64,000 nucleotides of DNA from Octopus sinensis (taxonomy: Eukaryota), in the NCBI RefSeq assembly GCF_006345805.1, contig NW_021833028.1, positions 62,001 through 126,000 of the forward strand, read 5' to 3'. The notes under the pieces were generated by a model, which was not told the DNA's origin, did no database searches, and saw nothing but the letters and a program-made list of their open reading frames with translations. Position numbers and translations under genes: made by a program. Positions 1 to 13,170 of the stretch are shown here, piece after piece (position 1 is the first letter of the stretch; each line of letters opens with the position of its first letter).

Positions 1-1139
1 TCACAACTAATTTTGTCTCCAAATCTTTCAAGTTTTTCGGCGGTTTTTGCAATAATTTTCTCTTTATCATTGCCCAAACATACTCAATTGGATTAAGGTC
101 AGGTGATTGAGACGGCCAATTAAGAATTTTATATTTTCTATCGCATATAAATTCTTTAACTACTCGAGAACTGTGGCATGAAGCATTATCTTGTTGAAAA
201 ATACATGAGTTTAACCCCCTTTTTAGAGCTGATTGCTCCAGATTATTAGACAAAATGTTTAAATAATAAGCACTGTTCATTTTTCCATTTATAATAACAA
301 CATTAACGACGCCTTCATATGAGAAACATCCCCAAACAATTAACTTTCCTCCACAATACTCAACAGTAGGTACGATATTGGACTTTTCATAGGCAGTACC
401 GTTTTTTTGATGTTATAGATCCTTATTTTGCTGTTATAGACCTCAAAACATGACTCATCGGAGAAGATGACTTTCTTCCATTCGTAGTCAGATATGGCTA
501 AAAACTTTTTCGCAATTAACCATATGGATTCGATGTTTTTTGATGTTAAAAGAGGTTTGTGTTTTGCAACTCGGGCAGGTAATCCAAATGAATTTAGTAT
601 ACGACCAATTGTTCTGGGAGATACGTCCACATTAAATTGAGTTTTTGTTATTTCAGAAAAAGACACAGCAGAAATTGAGGGTTCATCTCTCGAGATTAAT
701 TGTATTGTGTTTTTTTGATCTGAAGAGAGTTTCGGTAAACGTCCAGATTTAATTTTTCGCGTAGTGATGCCTTTTTTAAAAAATTTTCTTGTCACAAATC
801 CCACGGTTGATCTGGGAATTTTCAGTATTTTAGATATCTCTTTAATTGTTTTTCCTGAAGACTAATATCCAATTATTACTCCTGTTGTAAAATCAGATAA
901 ATGGATTTTTGAATTACGCTTCATTTATACGAAAATCCATTTTTTTGTCCAAATCCAATTTTTTTTGTCCGGCAAATTTTAAAATCTGCTTTAAAATTAA
1001 ATTCTAAAAGCCAAAAATAATTTTAAAAATTAAAAAAATAATTCTAATTTTTCCAAGAATGATGAAAGAAAATTAAATTATAATTTATTTTTAAAAAAAG
1101 TCGATTTATTACAAATCCAATTTTTTTTGTCAGGCACTG
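1..1139 (-). mobile_element. Tc1/mariner transposon, left part; frameshifted DD34E transposase, runs off window edge
   Basis: Minus-strand motifs WKKVIFSDES, IFQQDNASCH, WPSQSPDLNPIE; terminal CAGTGCCTGACAAAA at 1139 next to TA; same end sequence at 62069. Confidence 0.9.
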
Positions 1140-1252
1140 TAGAATCAAGTCAATTCCGAGTAGCATTTTCAAATTTAGAAAAATTAAAAAAATCAACTTC
1201 TCTTAAATTGATAAGCGTATGTTTATTAATGATAATTTAGTTAGTATTATGT

Positions 1253-1612
1253 TTATGATAAATATGTAGCCTGGCGGATTGCCAAATTGTTTCCCCGGAT
1301 AATGGCGATCGAGAACCGTTGCATTAGCCAGTCCGCCTCCCGAGGATCATGGGTGCGCATTGAGATTTTGGCTCCGAGCTTGCGAAGGAACTTTTCAGTT
1401 TTTGGACCGAGAGCACCCGACGTCTCCGCCGCGATCGGCACCACGGAAAACTTCTCTAAGAGGGCAGAATATTTTGATAGCTTTAAATCTTCAGCCTTAT
1501 TAGCTGCAGATTTAGCCTCCAGAGCACACGAAGTTAAGTGAGAAGCAGAAAGGTGTCCCAGCAGGTTGCATCCCATACGAGGCCTTTTCCGCCTTCAAAG
1601 GGGAAAGGGTCA
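1253..1612 (-). mobile_element. CRE-type non-LTR retrotransposon 3' fragment (REL endonuclease)
   Basis: AANKAEDLKLSKY..VPIAAETSGALG..WLMQRFSIAIIRGN. Confidence 0.8.
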
Positions 1613-1799
1613 TCTCTTAAATTGTATTTGTAAAAAGTTTTAATACAATAAATAATCTTAGTTATTAGTAGGGCAACCAAAAGTCATATAATGCTTATCA
1701 CAAAATAAGGTCATTTTGTGTTTGTTTATATTAATTAAATATTTTAATTATATTTTTTAACTATTTAAACACTTATTAATAGGTCATAATAGGTCACTA

Positions 1800-1925
1800 A
1801 TCGGGAATCTGATCTCGAGAAGACGGAGAGAGCCTCGGGAGAAGCAATGGTTGTTCCAAAGAATATCCATTGCGATCCTGAGGGGCAACGTCTTCTCGAT
1901 CATCAGCAGCTTAAGATTATGATAA
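1800..1925 (+). mobile_element. CRE-type 3' tip nested in hAT subterminal region
   Basis: Translates EKQWLFQRISIAILRGNVFSII. Confidence 0.7.
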
Positions 1926-3641
1926 TCATTTTCGCTCATTTGTTTTCTTGCTTCATAGGTCATATAAGTCATATTCAATAATAAAGTCATATTATAAAAA
2001 TAAAGTCATATTCAAATTTTTGTATATTTTAATGAATTAGATTAATATTTATTTTTTTTAAATATAAATATTAAATAATAATATTTGAATTATTTTTTTA
2101 TAACTTGAGATATAATCGGTTTTTTGTTGAGTGAGATAAAGGTTTTTTATAAAAAAAGGTATATTAATAGATGCCTAAATCAAAAAAATCTAATGAATTC
2201 AAACTCTCTAAAATATTAAATAAATATCCGCACGAATTTACGAGAAGTACTAATGGGAGACTTAATTGCAAGTTCTGTTGTGTTCCGGTAAACTTTTCAA
2301 AAAGTTTTAACGTGGAACAACACAGACAGACGGAAATGCATAAAAAAGAAGTAAAACACACGACTTGCGTTAATCGAAATTGATTGCAATTCCAAATGAT
2401 TTTTGTTTTAAATTGGTTTCGATGATGACGGGCGTGAATATCCCTCTTTATAAGATTCGTCACAATCTTTTTCTAAGTTTTTCGACGATTTGGGATTCTC
2501 TGTTCCATCAGAAACCCATTGTCGCAAATTGGTATATGATAAATATCTTCTAAATTTTGAACGAATAAAAAATCTTATTTTAAATTTGAAAATATTTTTG
2601 ATTGTTGATGAAACCCAAATTTCAAATAATAAATTTGTGAATGTTTTGGGGGACTATTTGTAATCCATCGAAAATTTATCTATTAAATTGCATTTCTGTT
2701 GAAATATGTAATGCTTCAGTTATTTGCCAGATAATCGATGAAACTTTAAAGGATGTTAACGTCAAACGATTTAATTTTGTTTTATTGGTTACCGACGCTG
2801 AATCATGCATGATATCTGCTGCAGAAACATTGTCAATTATGTATAACAATGTTATACACATCACTTGTTTTGCTCATCTTTTACATAATTGTGCCTTAAA
2901 AATTAGTACACACTATGGGGATATTAATAATCTGATTGCCACGATGAAAACTGCATTGCTCAACAAAATCTCGAAGAGATCTTTTTGACAATATAGAATT
3001 ACCACCTGAAGTAATAATTACAAGATGGGGAACCTGGCTTAGTGCTGCCTTTTACTAAAAAAATGCATACAGTTTGCACTATAGTTTCTGGTCCTGAATT
3101 TAACAAAAAAGGGAAAATCTTAGATAAAGTAAAAACTGCTTTAAATTCAATTAATTTGGAAAGAAACCTTGCATTGATAAAATCATGTTATAGTGACATA
3201 TTAGATCAATTACATCAATGCCAAGAAACTTTTTTTTACCATTGAGGATGCCGTTAAATTTATTAATGTGATAAATTTTGGGGATTATCCATGTGGAATA
3301 TCTAAATATTTCCGTAAAAGAATAGATAAAAATCGATTAAAAGAAATTTATACTGCTAAGATTGATAATTGTTCACCAGAAATTTGTTCGATATTATGGA
3401 AATGTCCAGCAACAACTATTTCCATTGAAAGAAGTTCTTCTATGCTTCAAAAGATGTTGGAGAAGAATAGAAACTTTAAACATGATAACATTAAATATTA
3501 CTTTTCGTTATATTACAATAAATTTGAGTGATTAGTTCTCAATATAAGCCTTATTAAAACTTTATTAATACATAAAAATAAAAATTTATTAGGTCATATT
3601 AAGGGCATATATTTTTTCGTTTAAGGTCATATAAGTCATAT

Positions 3642-3885
3642 TTTTTTTTTTTTTTTTTTTTTTGTTGATAATCATTTAATTTATACAACCAAGACAAAAA
3701 TTACAGATAGCTAAGTTAGTTAAAGGCCTCACGAGACACCCGACCAGCCGCGCGAATGGCGAAGACGTTCCCTCGGATCACAGCAATCGACAGACGTTCC
3801 AGGAGCCAAGAAAACTCTCTTGGATCGTGACTAGTCCTTGAAATCCGTCGACCGAGCGAGCGAAGGAAGCGGAGTGTCTTGGGAA
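3642..3885 (-). mobile_element. 5'-truncated CRE-type insertion with poly(A) tail, nested in hAT
   Basis: WLLERLSIAVIRGNVFAIR on minus strand; poly(T) run 3642-3663; same subfamily at 50420-50600. Confidence 0.8.
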
Positions 3886-4012
3886 TTTATCGGTCATATT
3901 TTATCGGTCATATTTGAAATTTTTTAGGTCATATTTGCGGTTGCCCTAGTTATTAGTTAAATTATGCAAGAATTAGTCTAAATCTTTGATAATATCTCCC
4001 CTTCTTCTAGAA

Positions 4013-5898
4013 CAGGGGTCGGCAAATCGCGGCCCGCGGGCCAAATTAGGCCCAGGAAGATTTAAAAATGACCCGCGAACAAATTTTATAATACTAAGGG
4101 AAATTGGCCCGCCGACGACAAATTTTTCGAACTAACATTGCCCGCGGGCAAATTTAGTAAAGTACTAGACTTTTAGTAATATAGATTTATACATACATTT
4201 TATCTATTATTAGAAATTAAATAAATTTATAAACGTGTTAATAATTTTGTGTGGTGAATTTGAATGCCGAATTGTTAGAAAAGAACTAAAGATCTTCAAA
4301 CCCGTACGTTTAATCCAGATTGGACTCATGAATATTTCTTTATTGAGGATTATGGAAAACCTATATGCTTAATATGTTTCGAAAAAGTTGCTGTCAAAAA
4401 ACTTTATAACATCAAGCGACATTATGAAACTCGACATTACGAAAAATTCAGCAAGTTTACAGGAGAATCTCGCTTAAAGGAAATTAAGAGACTCGAACAA
4501 AATTACCAAAAGCAAACAACATTTTTTTTATAATTTGAGTTGTGAAAAAGATGATATCACACGTACAAGTTACGAAATTTCAAAGATAATTTCGAAAGTG
4601 ACAGGAACCGACGTTTTCTTGCATTTAATGCAACTTTTAACAGAATTAAATCTTCCACTTTCAAAATTAGTTGGAATGACAACAGACGGGGCTCCATCTA
4701 TGGTTGGGAACAAAAAGGGAACTATCACATTACTCCAAAATGAAATGGAAAAATTTGGAATTGAGCACAATTTGGTTAAGATTCACTGTATTGTTCATCA
4801 AGAGACGTTGGTTGCCAAATCAGTCAGGTTACGTGAGACAGTTAATGCAGTAAATTTTATTTTATCCCGCGGCTTGAATCATCGGCAGTTCAGGCAATTT
4901 TTAATCGACACTTAAGCAGCAGAATATGGGGATCTTTTATATTTTTGTAATGTCAGATGGCTTAGTAGAGGATATACGGGAAGATGTTATAATTTTTCTT
5001 GAAGAAAAGAATTATGATGCTTCATATTTCCGAAATACTGATAATATTTCCAAATTGGCATTTTTTGTAGACATAACTTCACATCTAAATGACTTAAATT
5101 TGAAACTGCAGGGAAGTAATAAATTTATACACCAAATGTATGCCGAAATCACTGCTTTTGAAAATAAATTGAAGTTGTGGGAATTACAGTTACAAAAAGG
5201 AAACATGACGCATTTTGTGAATTTTCTTTCTACAAATCCGACTGATGTTCCGGAATATGCAAACATAGTTATGGAATTGAGATCAGAATTTTCATCACGT
5301 TTTTTAGATTTAAGAGTAAAATGCGCATATATAATTTTTTAGGCTCATAAAAATCTTTTCAACATTTTTTCAATCCCATTTGATGTTGAAACTGAGACAG
5401 TACCAGGGTGTTATCAAATGGAATTACTTGAAATTCAATGCGACAGTACACTTAAATCAAAATATTTTTCTGAAATGGATATTTTGAGCTTCTACAAAAA
5501 TTTTGTATGTGTCAAAAAATATCCGCAATTAACCGACAATGCTATGAAAATGGCTTGTATATTTGGAAGCACATTTTTATGTGAACAGTTATTCTCTAAA
5601 ATGAATAATGTAAAAAATTGTCTGAAAACGAGGATTACCGACTCACATCTTAACGATATATTACGTTTAGCAACTAGTCAGATTAATGAGTAAAATAAAT
5701 TCACTTCTTTATAATCATTTTTAACTGATAAATTTTTATTTCGCAAGAAAGTTGAAAAAAAAAACTTGATAAAGAAAGATCGCAATGTGCAAGCGTTGCC
5801 TTATTTTTGTGACCGATAAGGATTTTTTCTCGTTTGGCCCGGATCGCATACAAAAATAAAATTTTGGCCCGCGAAGACAAAAATCCTGCCGACCCCTG
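4013..5898 (+). mobile_element. Buster/SPIN-type hAT transposon (GTF2IRD2-like), internally deleted
   Basis: TIR CAGGGGTCGGCA; TSD TTCTAGAA (4005-4012, 5899-5906); TTDGAPSM, HCIVHQE, FGSTFLCEQLFS; 27-nt intron 5316-5342. Confidence 0.92.
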
Positions 5899-6756
5899 TT
5901 CTAGAATAAGACTTTGTTGCCATCTCCTTTTTCTCTGAAATTTCTTCGTCAGAGGGAATCATTATATCTATGTTAGAATTCTATGCAATGTCCCCACAAC
6001 ATGCCAGTTTCACAAGTTATTCGGAAACTGAGGCGTGCTTCTAATCAGATACCTTCATCCGTTGTTTGTATTCGATTAGCATGCCTTCAAAAGTCATTTT
6101 CATCACATCTGATTGAATACAAGTTGTTACTTTAATAGATAATTATTGTGACATTTCGGGATAAATCCGTTCCAGGTCATAGGAATTGCATTTTATTCCC
6201 AGTAGTAAAAAAGTGCAAGTTTACTTTCAAACAGATAAATTTCGAAAACTTCAATATGTTAGTCAAACCACGCATCAATTCTGAATGTAACATTTTGTGT
6301 CGCAGATATTGACTTATCAGAATTCCCTTCTTGCTTTCTTTGCATAATAAATTTTCTAACTTTATTGTGTGTTCAAAGGCATTCATTTGCAGTATTTTAA
6401 TACATACATTGAGTAGCAAAATGGTCAATCGTTTTTCTATTTTTTGCGAAAATCCATGAGACGAAATAAATTTCTATCTCATATCAGAGAGTCAATTTAA
6501 GAACATGGAGTTAAGAATTCCGAGAGGACAATCAAATAAATAAAATAAGAAACCAAAAGCCTGGGATATATTTAATCATTACAAAAAACAACAAAAACAC
6601 CAATAATGTGTAACTTGTCCGATTTCAAAATTTTTTTCAATCCAAGCGCTCGCTGTTTTGATCTTCTTAGTTAATGCACAAGGAGAAGCATAAATAATGT
6701 CACGAATAGCACGAACGGATTATTAATCGCTAATTCAATCAATACATCATATTGAA

Positions 6757-7409
6757 GATTTTTTTTTTTTTTTAATAAAAATCAATTTAATTAAAATGGG
6801 GAATAAGTTATACACGAATTAATAAAGAGCCTGGAGGTCAGCTCAAAGTCGCCGCACTGCGTATCGAGTGGCAGTTTCCGCGGAGCACTGCGACCGAGAT
6901 TCGGTGGGAGAGCCAGCTCGTCTCCCTCCGGTCGTTGGTCTTCTTGGCGATTCTCCTGGCAATGTCGGCAAGAAGGCGAGTCGCAGACCTGCCGACAATT
7001 CCAGATGTTTCGAAGGCGAGGGGGACAAACTTGTAAGAGTCCGAAATATTTCCATACTTCGACCTCTTAGCCTCCTCAGCCTGAGCACTGGCGGAACCCG
7101 GGTTAGTGATGGACTTGAGTAACACCGACGCGGAGAACGAGTCAACACAAGTTGCGTCCCAAATCAGGGACTTGCCTTCCCTGAAAGGGAAGGTAGTCAT
7201 CCCGTCAGGACGCTTTCCATCACTCCGGCAGAGACCGACTGGCTCTAGAGTGGAGGGAACCTGCCGACTCTAGAGCCCTTTTCACGACGTCATTGAGGTG
7301 ATGTGGCGAGGAATTCTGCCAGCACTCTTCTTGCACGAGAGGGCGTGCAAACCGTTCGGAGAGATCGTGGACCCGCACCGGCATGGGTGGGGCCTTTCTT
7401 TTTGGGGGT
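6757..7409 (-). mobile_element. 5'-truncated CRE-type retrotransposon with poly(A) tail
   Basis: [30 protein letters not shown]; poly(T) at left end; TSD ATATTGAA (6749-6756, 7410-7417); close inverted copy at 22444-23127. Confidence 0.9.
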
Positions 7410-7767
7410 ATATTGAAAATAGCCTTTCTTTTTGGGGGTATGTTTTCGAACTTCCCTGAGATTTGTTTTAATTTCCTAATTTACTCTCCGAATACTTCAC
7501 ATTGTAAATACTCAAAGACAAGACTTTAAAAGCACTCCAAATTCTCCAAATCTTTTATTCGCGAAATACTTAATCTGAGATAGCTATATAGCCTCAGAAA
7601 CACAATTGCCGTCCATATAAAGGAATGTAAGTATGTTAGGACGAAATATGTCAATATTAGTTATTGTGCCGTCATTCAATCGCAGGAATGACAGCCCGCT
7701 TCAACCTAAAGACGCCTAAACATTTCAGTTCATTAACAAACAAAAAAAAGGCCGTTTTAAAATAAAT

Positions 7768-8780
7768 TCAAAATAAACTTTTAAACATTTTGATCAATTT
7801 AGAAAGCGAATATTTAACAGATTTGTATGGACCAGCCGTCACCAATCCCTTGACTGTCTGCGAAAGACTGGCCCGGGAGACAATAGCCTTTATAGAGCTC
7901 ACAATCATCTGACGTGAAGGCTGATGAGCCAAAGTCAACAAAACTTCCTCCATGTCGGGATACTTCTGGTCGACATTCATTCTGTGCCACAACTCCAACT
8001 GCAGATTTTTAGGCAAATGATTCAAATGATGAAGTCTGGAGGAATACACGTGCTGTTGCTCGAAAATCCCCTCTTTTTGATGCCAGCACAAATGTCCTTC
8101 AAATCCATTTATAAGTGGACCGTAAAGATCTCGAAAATTCTGAATATGCCCACGAAAAATGTTTTTTATTTTATTTTTATCTTCTCCAAACTAAATAATA
8201 AATAAATAATTAAATTACAATTAATCTAAAATCGCCACTATAAGACAACCAAATAATCATGCTGAACAAATCCTCTTCACTAAACGACTCAGGAAGGAGA
8301 AGAAGCGCAGTATGCAAAGCAGAAGAAAGATTACTGTGCAAAGCAGTCTTTAAATCCTCAGGAAAAACATCCTTCAAAGCCCAAACAGGCTTTTGTAGTC
8401 TACTCCTGTTATAGACCACGTGACCTTCCACTGGCATAAAGGCAATCCCAGTCATACAAGTCGGAGATCAGGTCCTCGGATGTGATGACTCCATATTTGT
8501 AGTATAATCCTTCGTGGGGGATCAGAGTATTGTAGAACATCTTTGAGCCATGTTTACGTTGGAGATTGGCTAGTTTGGAGGGGCCTGCGAGACTGCAGAG
8601 GGAATAATGTTTAGGATTTGTTCTGAGGTTGGAGGTGTGGAAGAGGACTGCGTCTTGTACTACGACTATGAGGTCAATCATTTTGGATTGTTGAGGAAGT
8701 ATCCCAGATCCGTAGGCGAATGCCATTGTTATTGGATCAGGGAGAGTAGATAGGAAACCACGACACTTCTCAAGTGTCAT
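7768..8780 (-). CDS. TAMM41: Mitochondrial phosphatidate cytidylyltransferase Tam41
   Basis: AFAYGSG, MIDLIVVV, YKYGVI, LYASGR|LQKPV, SYSGDFR, SLSQTVKGLVTAG; introns 8400-8424 (25 nt) and 8191-8218 (28 nt) restore frame. Confidence 0.95.
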
Positions 8781-9368
8781 GTGTAAAATCTATTAAATTT
8801 AAATTATTATTTTTTTCAACTTTTTTTATTATTATTAATAATTTATACAATTAAAAAAAATCTAGCTATTAGGTACCAGATTCTAACCTTAACGTACAAG
8901 TCATGTCTTCTACCTTTTTGTGTTTTGGATATGAAATTTGTAGACATTTAGAAACTCTTGCAATAATCCTCGTAACTAGCTTGAATGAATCCAAACGAAG
9001 GAAAAAGTAAAGAACTCAATAGAACAAGTAACCAGGAAGAAAAATCCAAAAAAGAGTGCATTCACAGTTTCCTAGAAATCTTAGCAAAACAAATGTGAAA
9101 ATGGCACAAAACAATCAAGGAATGTCTCATTTTTATAAAACATGTCGATTTGATTATTCCGCAAATAATGTTGAGAACCCACGGTAAATATACGTGGGAT
9201 ATGGCTCAGGATCCTCTGTTGGCTAATCAGCAAAACACGTTTTGAGAGAATGTCTCATCTGGAAAAACAGATAGACTAAAAGCATGAGTTTAAATAATAA
9301 TTATAATCTAAGTAAAAGTTTAATTTTAAACTACTGTTTTTTGAATTGATTATAATTGTGGTTGTGTT

Positions 9369-10169
9369 ATGGAAGTTGCTTCAGACATTCCGACATTTCA
9401 TTTCAACGGACTAGAAAATACCGAACGCCCTCCAATCGCGGAAATTAATAAAATCTTCAAAACCAAAATCCTACATGGAACAACCACCATGGCTTTCAAA
9501 TACAAAGACGGCGTGATAGTGGCTACTGATTCCCGGGCAACTGCTGGAGCAACAATCGGTATTTTCTGATTATAACTCTCAGGGTCCCAAACGGTGAAAA
9601 AAGTAATTCCGGTGACTCCCAACGTTATTGCCACTATGGCCGGAGGGGCTGCCGACTGTCAATTCTGGCTAAGAATAATGACTTCTAAGGCTCAGTAAGT
9701 TAAAAATCTCAACCCAATCAATCATAGAGCATACAGGATCCGACATAACAGAGAAATGTCAGTTGCGGCGATTTCATTAATGCTGGCCAACTCTTTGTAT
9801 CAATATAAGGGGTATGGACTCAGCATGGTAGTTTTGGGCATGGAGACTGAGTAGGGGTCGACGATTGTGGGGTATGATAAGACTGGATTCCATATTTACA
9901 TGGTGGAGGACAGTGGACTGAGATTGGAGGTCGATATGGGCGGATATGGCTCAGGATCTCCGTATGCTTATTCTGTGATGGACAATAAGTACAAGAGGAC
10001 GGATCTCCCCTTTGAGGATGCTGTCCAATTGGCGAAGGAGGCTATTTCGAATGCCACCAAATTCGATACGATGAGTGGAGGACATGCCAATATTTATTGT
10101 GTCACCAAAGATGGCTATCGACAACTTTGCTTTACTGATGTCGATGACTTATATGCCCAGGGGTTCTAA
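9369..10169 (+). CDS. PSMB5: Proteasome subunit beta type-5 (propeptide plus catalytic Thr1)
   Basis: [35 protein letters not shown]; introns 9559-9582, 9695-9727, 9828-9854. Confidence 0.95.
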
Positions 10170-10816
10170 TTTTACTTTTGTTTTGGGTTTTTTGATTTGA
10201 TTAAACTTTTTTTTGGCCATTCTAAGCGAACAATTTTTAAACCAAAAGTTGGAATTACGAAGCTATTAGTGCATTGCTTAGTGCATTACGTTTGGTTGTA
10301 CCTGATGGCACGAACCGTCTCAATGGCCATGCCACGTATAAATACATTATTTAAATTTGTTGTTTGTAACTCTCGTGAATTCTTTAATCGCGTCAGAACT
10401 GTTGTAGAATTGTTTCGGGTTTTACAAGCATTGAACTTTCGCTTAATTTCCCAAAAATGTGAACTTATAAACATTTCAGTTGCGCATGTTCAATGTAATA
10501 AATAATTTACTCTCGGTCAAGATCACCGGGACCCGGTTGACCGTTCCGTAGATCTTGTTTGTTTAGATTCCCCACTCCTGGAATGCATCAATAACATTCA
10601 GGCATGACTATCTGTTTCAAATAATAAAATACAAATATGAATTTAGTTTCACCAAACAAGAAAATGGTTATTGACGAATAGCCACGGCACTACTAATGAC
10701 TCTGACCAAAAAGACTTGTTCTGCTCGAGGGATTGATAACAATTTTGTTAATAAATGATAAACAAAACTATATAAATTATTAATTTAGTGGATATTAATA
10801 GATTAATAAGTGTATT

Positions 10817-12870
10817 CTAATTATCTTCTTCCTCACATAAGTCAATTTTACAACTGAAAATGTCGATTGTCTTCTGCCTGCTCACAATATTCTAATTTTA
10901 ATCAAAATAAACAGATTGACCTTCGCAGTTGCATTCTCGAGATATGTTTTGATTAGATCACGTGCCGACTCTACAAAATCCTCAGATTTGTCATATGCAG
11001 GTAAGATTAATTGCTCATCCAAGTCCATCTCCTGGTTAAATTCTACAAATTTCTCATGTCCCAGCTTAAAGTAACTAAATAATCTTCCAAACCAATATTT
11101 GAGGTGAATGGAAAAAATAAGAAGGGAGATATGAAGCGAGGGTCGTAACAGAATGAGCGTAAATATCAGCGAACCTCTGAACCTGATGAAAAAAGTAGCT
11201 ATGCAATGACCCTGAAATGATCCCAAAAATACAACCTGACCGAAATGCGCTTCCAAAAATTCCGTATTGGGCATCAATCATTTGACTAAGGGACTAAAAT
11301 GAGCCATTTTCCCATTACCTTGTAGGCAGATGATGCCCAGATTGCTATATTTTTATCTTCGTGTTTAGAGTGACTATGAATGAACTAAACGTGGTACAAT
11401 GTATTTTTTTGAATTTGGTCGAGTCCATCAAGCATTTTGTAGGACCTGTAATTAGACCACCACTGTTTGATTTCTTTTTTGAGGTCTGGTATGATCAACA
11501 TGGTTTTCCAGAAATTTTTTTTAGATTTTAATATGTCTCCATAAATAGAATCTCCGACATAAATAACAGACCGAGTTTTTGCTCCAGTAAGACGACAGAA
11601 CTCGGAGGCAGAGCCTCAAAAAATAAAGTCACAGTCAAAACCTCCAGAGTAAATAAACCCAGGTTTTAACTCGTTCAATTCACATTTAAGAGTTTTAGAT
11701 TTTTCCTTCTGCGCATCACATGTATCACTTTACTTGATCAATTAAACAAAAATGGTCTTTTTTAGATGTAAAAAATGCAGGTTTTTTGGAATCTACAATG
11801 ACGTAATCAAAATAATCTGTCCACTCAAGGTCGTCCTCATCCAGCAAATAGCGCATAATTTTCTATTTCTAGTAAAAAGTGGACAAACCTCGACGTAGTT
11901 ATATTTACTGTTCGTCAAGAGAAATGTTTTGCACCCGCATTCTCTCAATCTTAATTCAAGAAAATAACACAAAACTGAAGAAGGACCTTCCCAATGAGAG
12001 GATCTTTGTCCAAATATTTCGAAATGTCGGCCAATATTGCTGGTTTTAGTTCCTTGACATTTGGATAAAATTGTCACATTTTTGTGAACGTAGACAACAT
12101 TCTCGTCAATTTCACGATACAAGTCAGCGTAGAAGATCATGTAATCTCCCTCTACATACAGTCCCGTTTTTTCACTAAGATTTATTATTTAATTTGGACT
12201 ACTCTGACTCACTTCCGATTGTCATGTAGTAATCCACGACTTGAGAAATAAGCGAAATGACTTAAAATAGTGTGGAAAATATCCAAACCACTTTGGCAGT
12301 ATACTGTACTGAAAATGACAAAGTTTTTGTCACTCAAATCAATGTGACGATTAGGATAATAACAGTCGATCTCCTGCCTAATCATTAAAGTAACATGTGC
12401 ACTGTTCAAAAAGTCTTGTCCCGTGAGTAGCCACCAAGATGTGTCCGTAGGCATCCACCTTAAGGAAATTTCCATGAAATATATCATAGCATACTCCACT
12501 TTCATGTAAAAAATATAGCAAACCGGACTGCAAATGATTTGTCGTATTCAAACTCGCGTATTTCTCTTGGAAAACCGATTTGTACTAATCTTTGTTTGAT
12601 TAAATCAAATATCAGAGTTTCCATTTCTGGAGACTTGTACACTGTTCAAAATCATTAAAAAATCTGAAACAAGCAAGTGTATAATCCATGTCAAATCCGT
12701 AGTACTCCAGTTTGTCCAAACGAAGATTAGAGTTTGCATAAATTCTTATTTTGAAAAGTTTTTTTTTACTTTTCGGTATATTTGTCCTCAATAGAAATGC
12801 TCGGATTTTTGGACATTTGCATCCTTTGCTTTAGAATATGAACCAGTGATTCTTTACGTGTGGTGCTCAT
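10817..12870 (-). CDS. NT5C2: Cytosolic purine 5'-nucleotidase (HAD family)
   Basis: [53 protein letters not shown]; many micro-introns; one probable homopolymer error near 11760. Confidence 0.92.
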
Positions 12871-13170
12871 TGGTCTACTAAAGTTTATATTTTAGTATTT
12901 AAATAAAAAAATTATAAGTTTGAACGCAATTGTCAGATAAATTTGGACGTAAAAATATTTCGATTTTTTAATTAAAAATTGATTATTACAATTATCCGAT
13001 CATTATAAATTTAAATATGTGGAGATTGAAAATAAGAAAATAAAACTTTTAATCGATAAAGCTGAATTAATTTATAATGAAAAAAATAAAATATACTTAC
13101 TCAATGATAATAATTTAAATATAAATAAACAGTAGTCAAAGTGGTTTGATCGTGATAAATTTAATCTAAA

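Larger units (their letters stand above)
1669..3948 (+). mobile_element. Degenerate hAT transposon (CGGBP1-like Zn finger, DUF659-type transposase)
   Basis: TIR TAGGGCAACC/GGTTGCCCTA; 8-bp TSD GTTATTAG (1661-1668, 3949-3956); CKFC..H....H finger, LLVTDAE, HITCFAHLLHN, TRWGTW, IERSSS; subterminal GGTCATA repeats. Confidence 0.9.

Noticed and set aside
1780-2015. Recurring GTCATA motifs (also 3590-3935) resembling a repeat-spacer array
   Set aside because: Short, irregular subterminal repeats of the hAT element; eukaryotic context, not CRISPR
3975-7720. Possible minus-strand host gene broken by hAT and CRE insertions
   Set aside because: Exon-like pieces exist but I could not build a consistent frame or homology
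8850-9290. Possible small gene between TAM41 and PSMB5
   Set aside because: No convincing spliced ORF or motif
9559-9854. All three PSMB5 introns are 3n with in-frame stops, suggesting a strict NMD rule
   Set aside because: Stop-free 3n introns exist (15856-15879 and in PNPT1); sample too small
11750-11770. Frameshift in NT5C2
   Set aside because: Lies in an A homopolymer; likely consensus error or alternative donor
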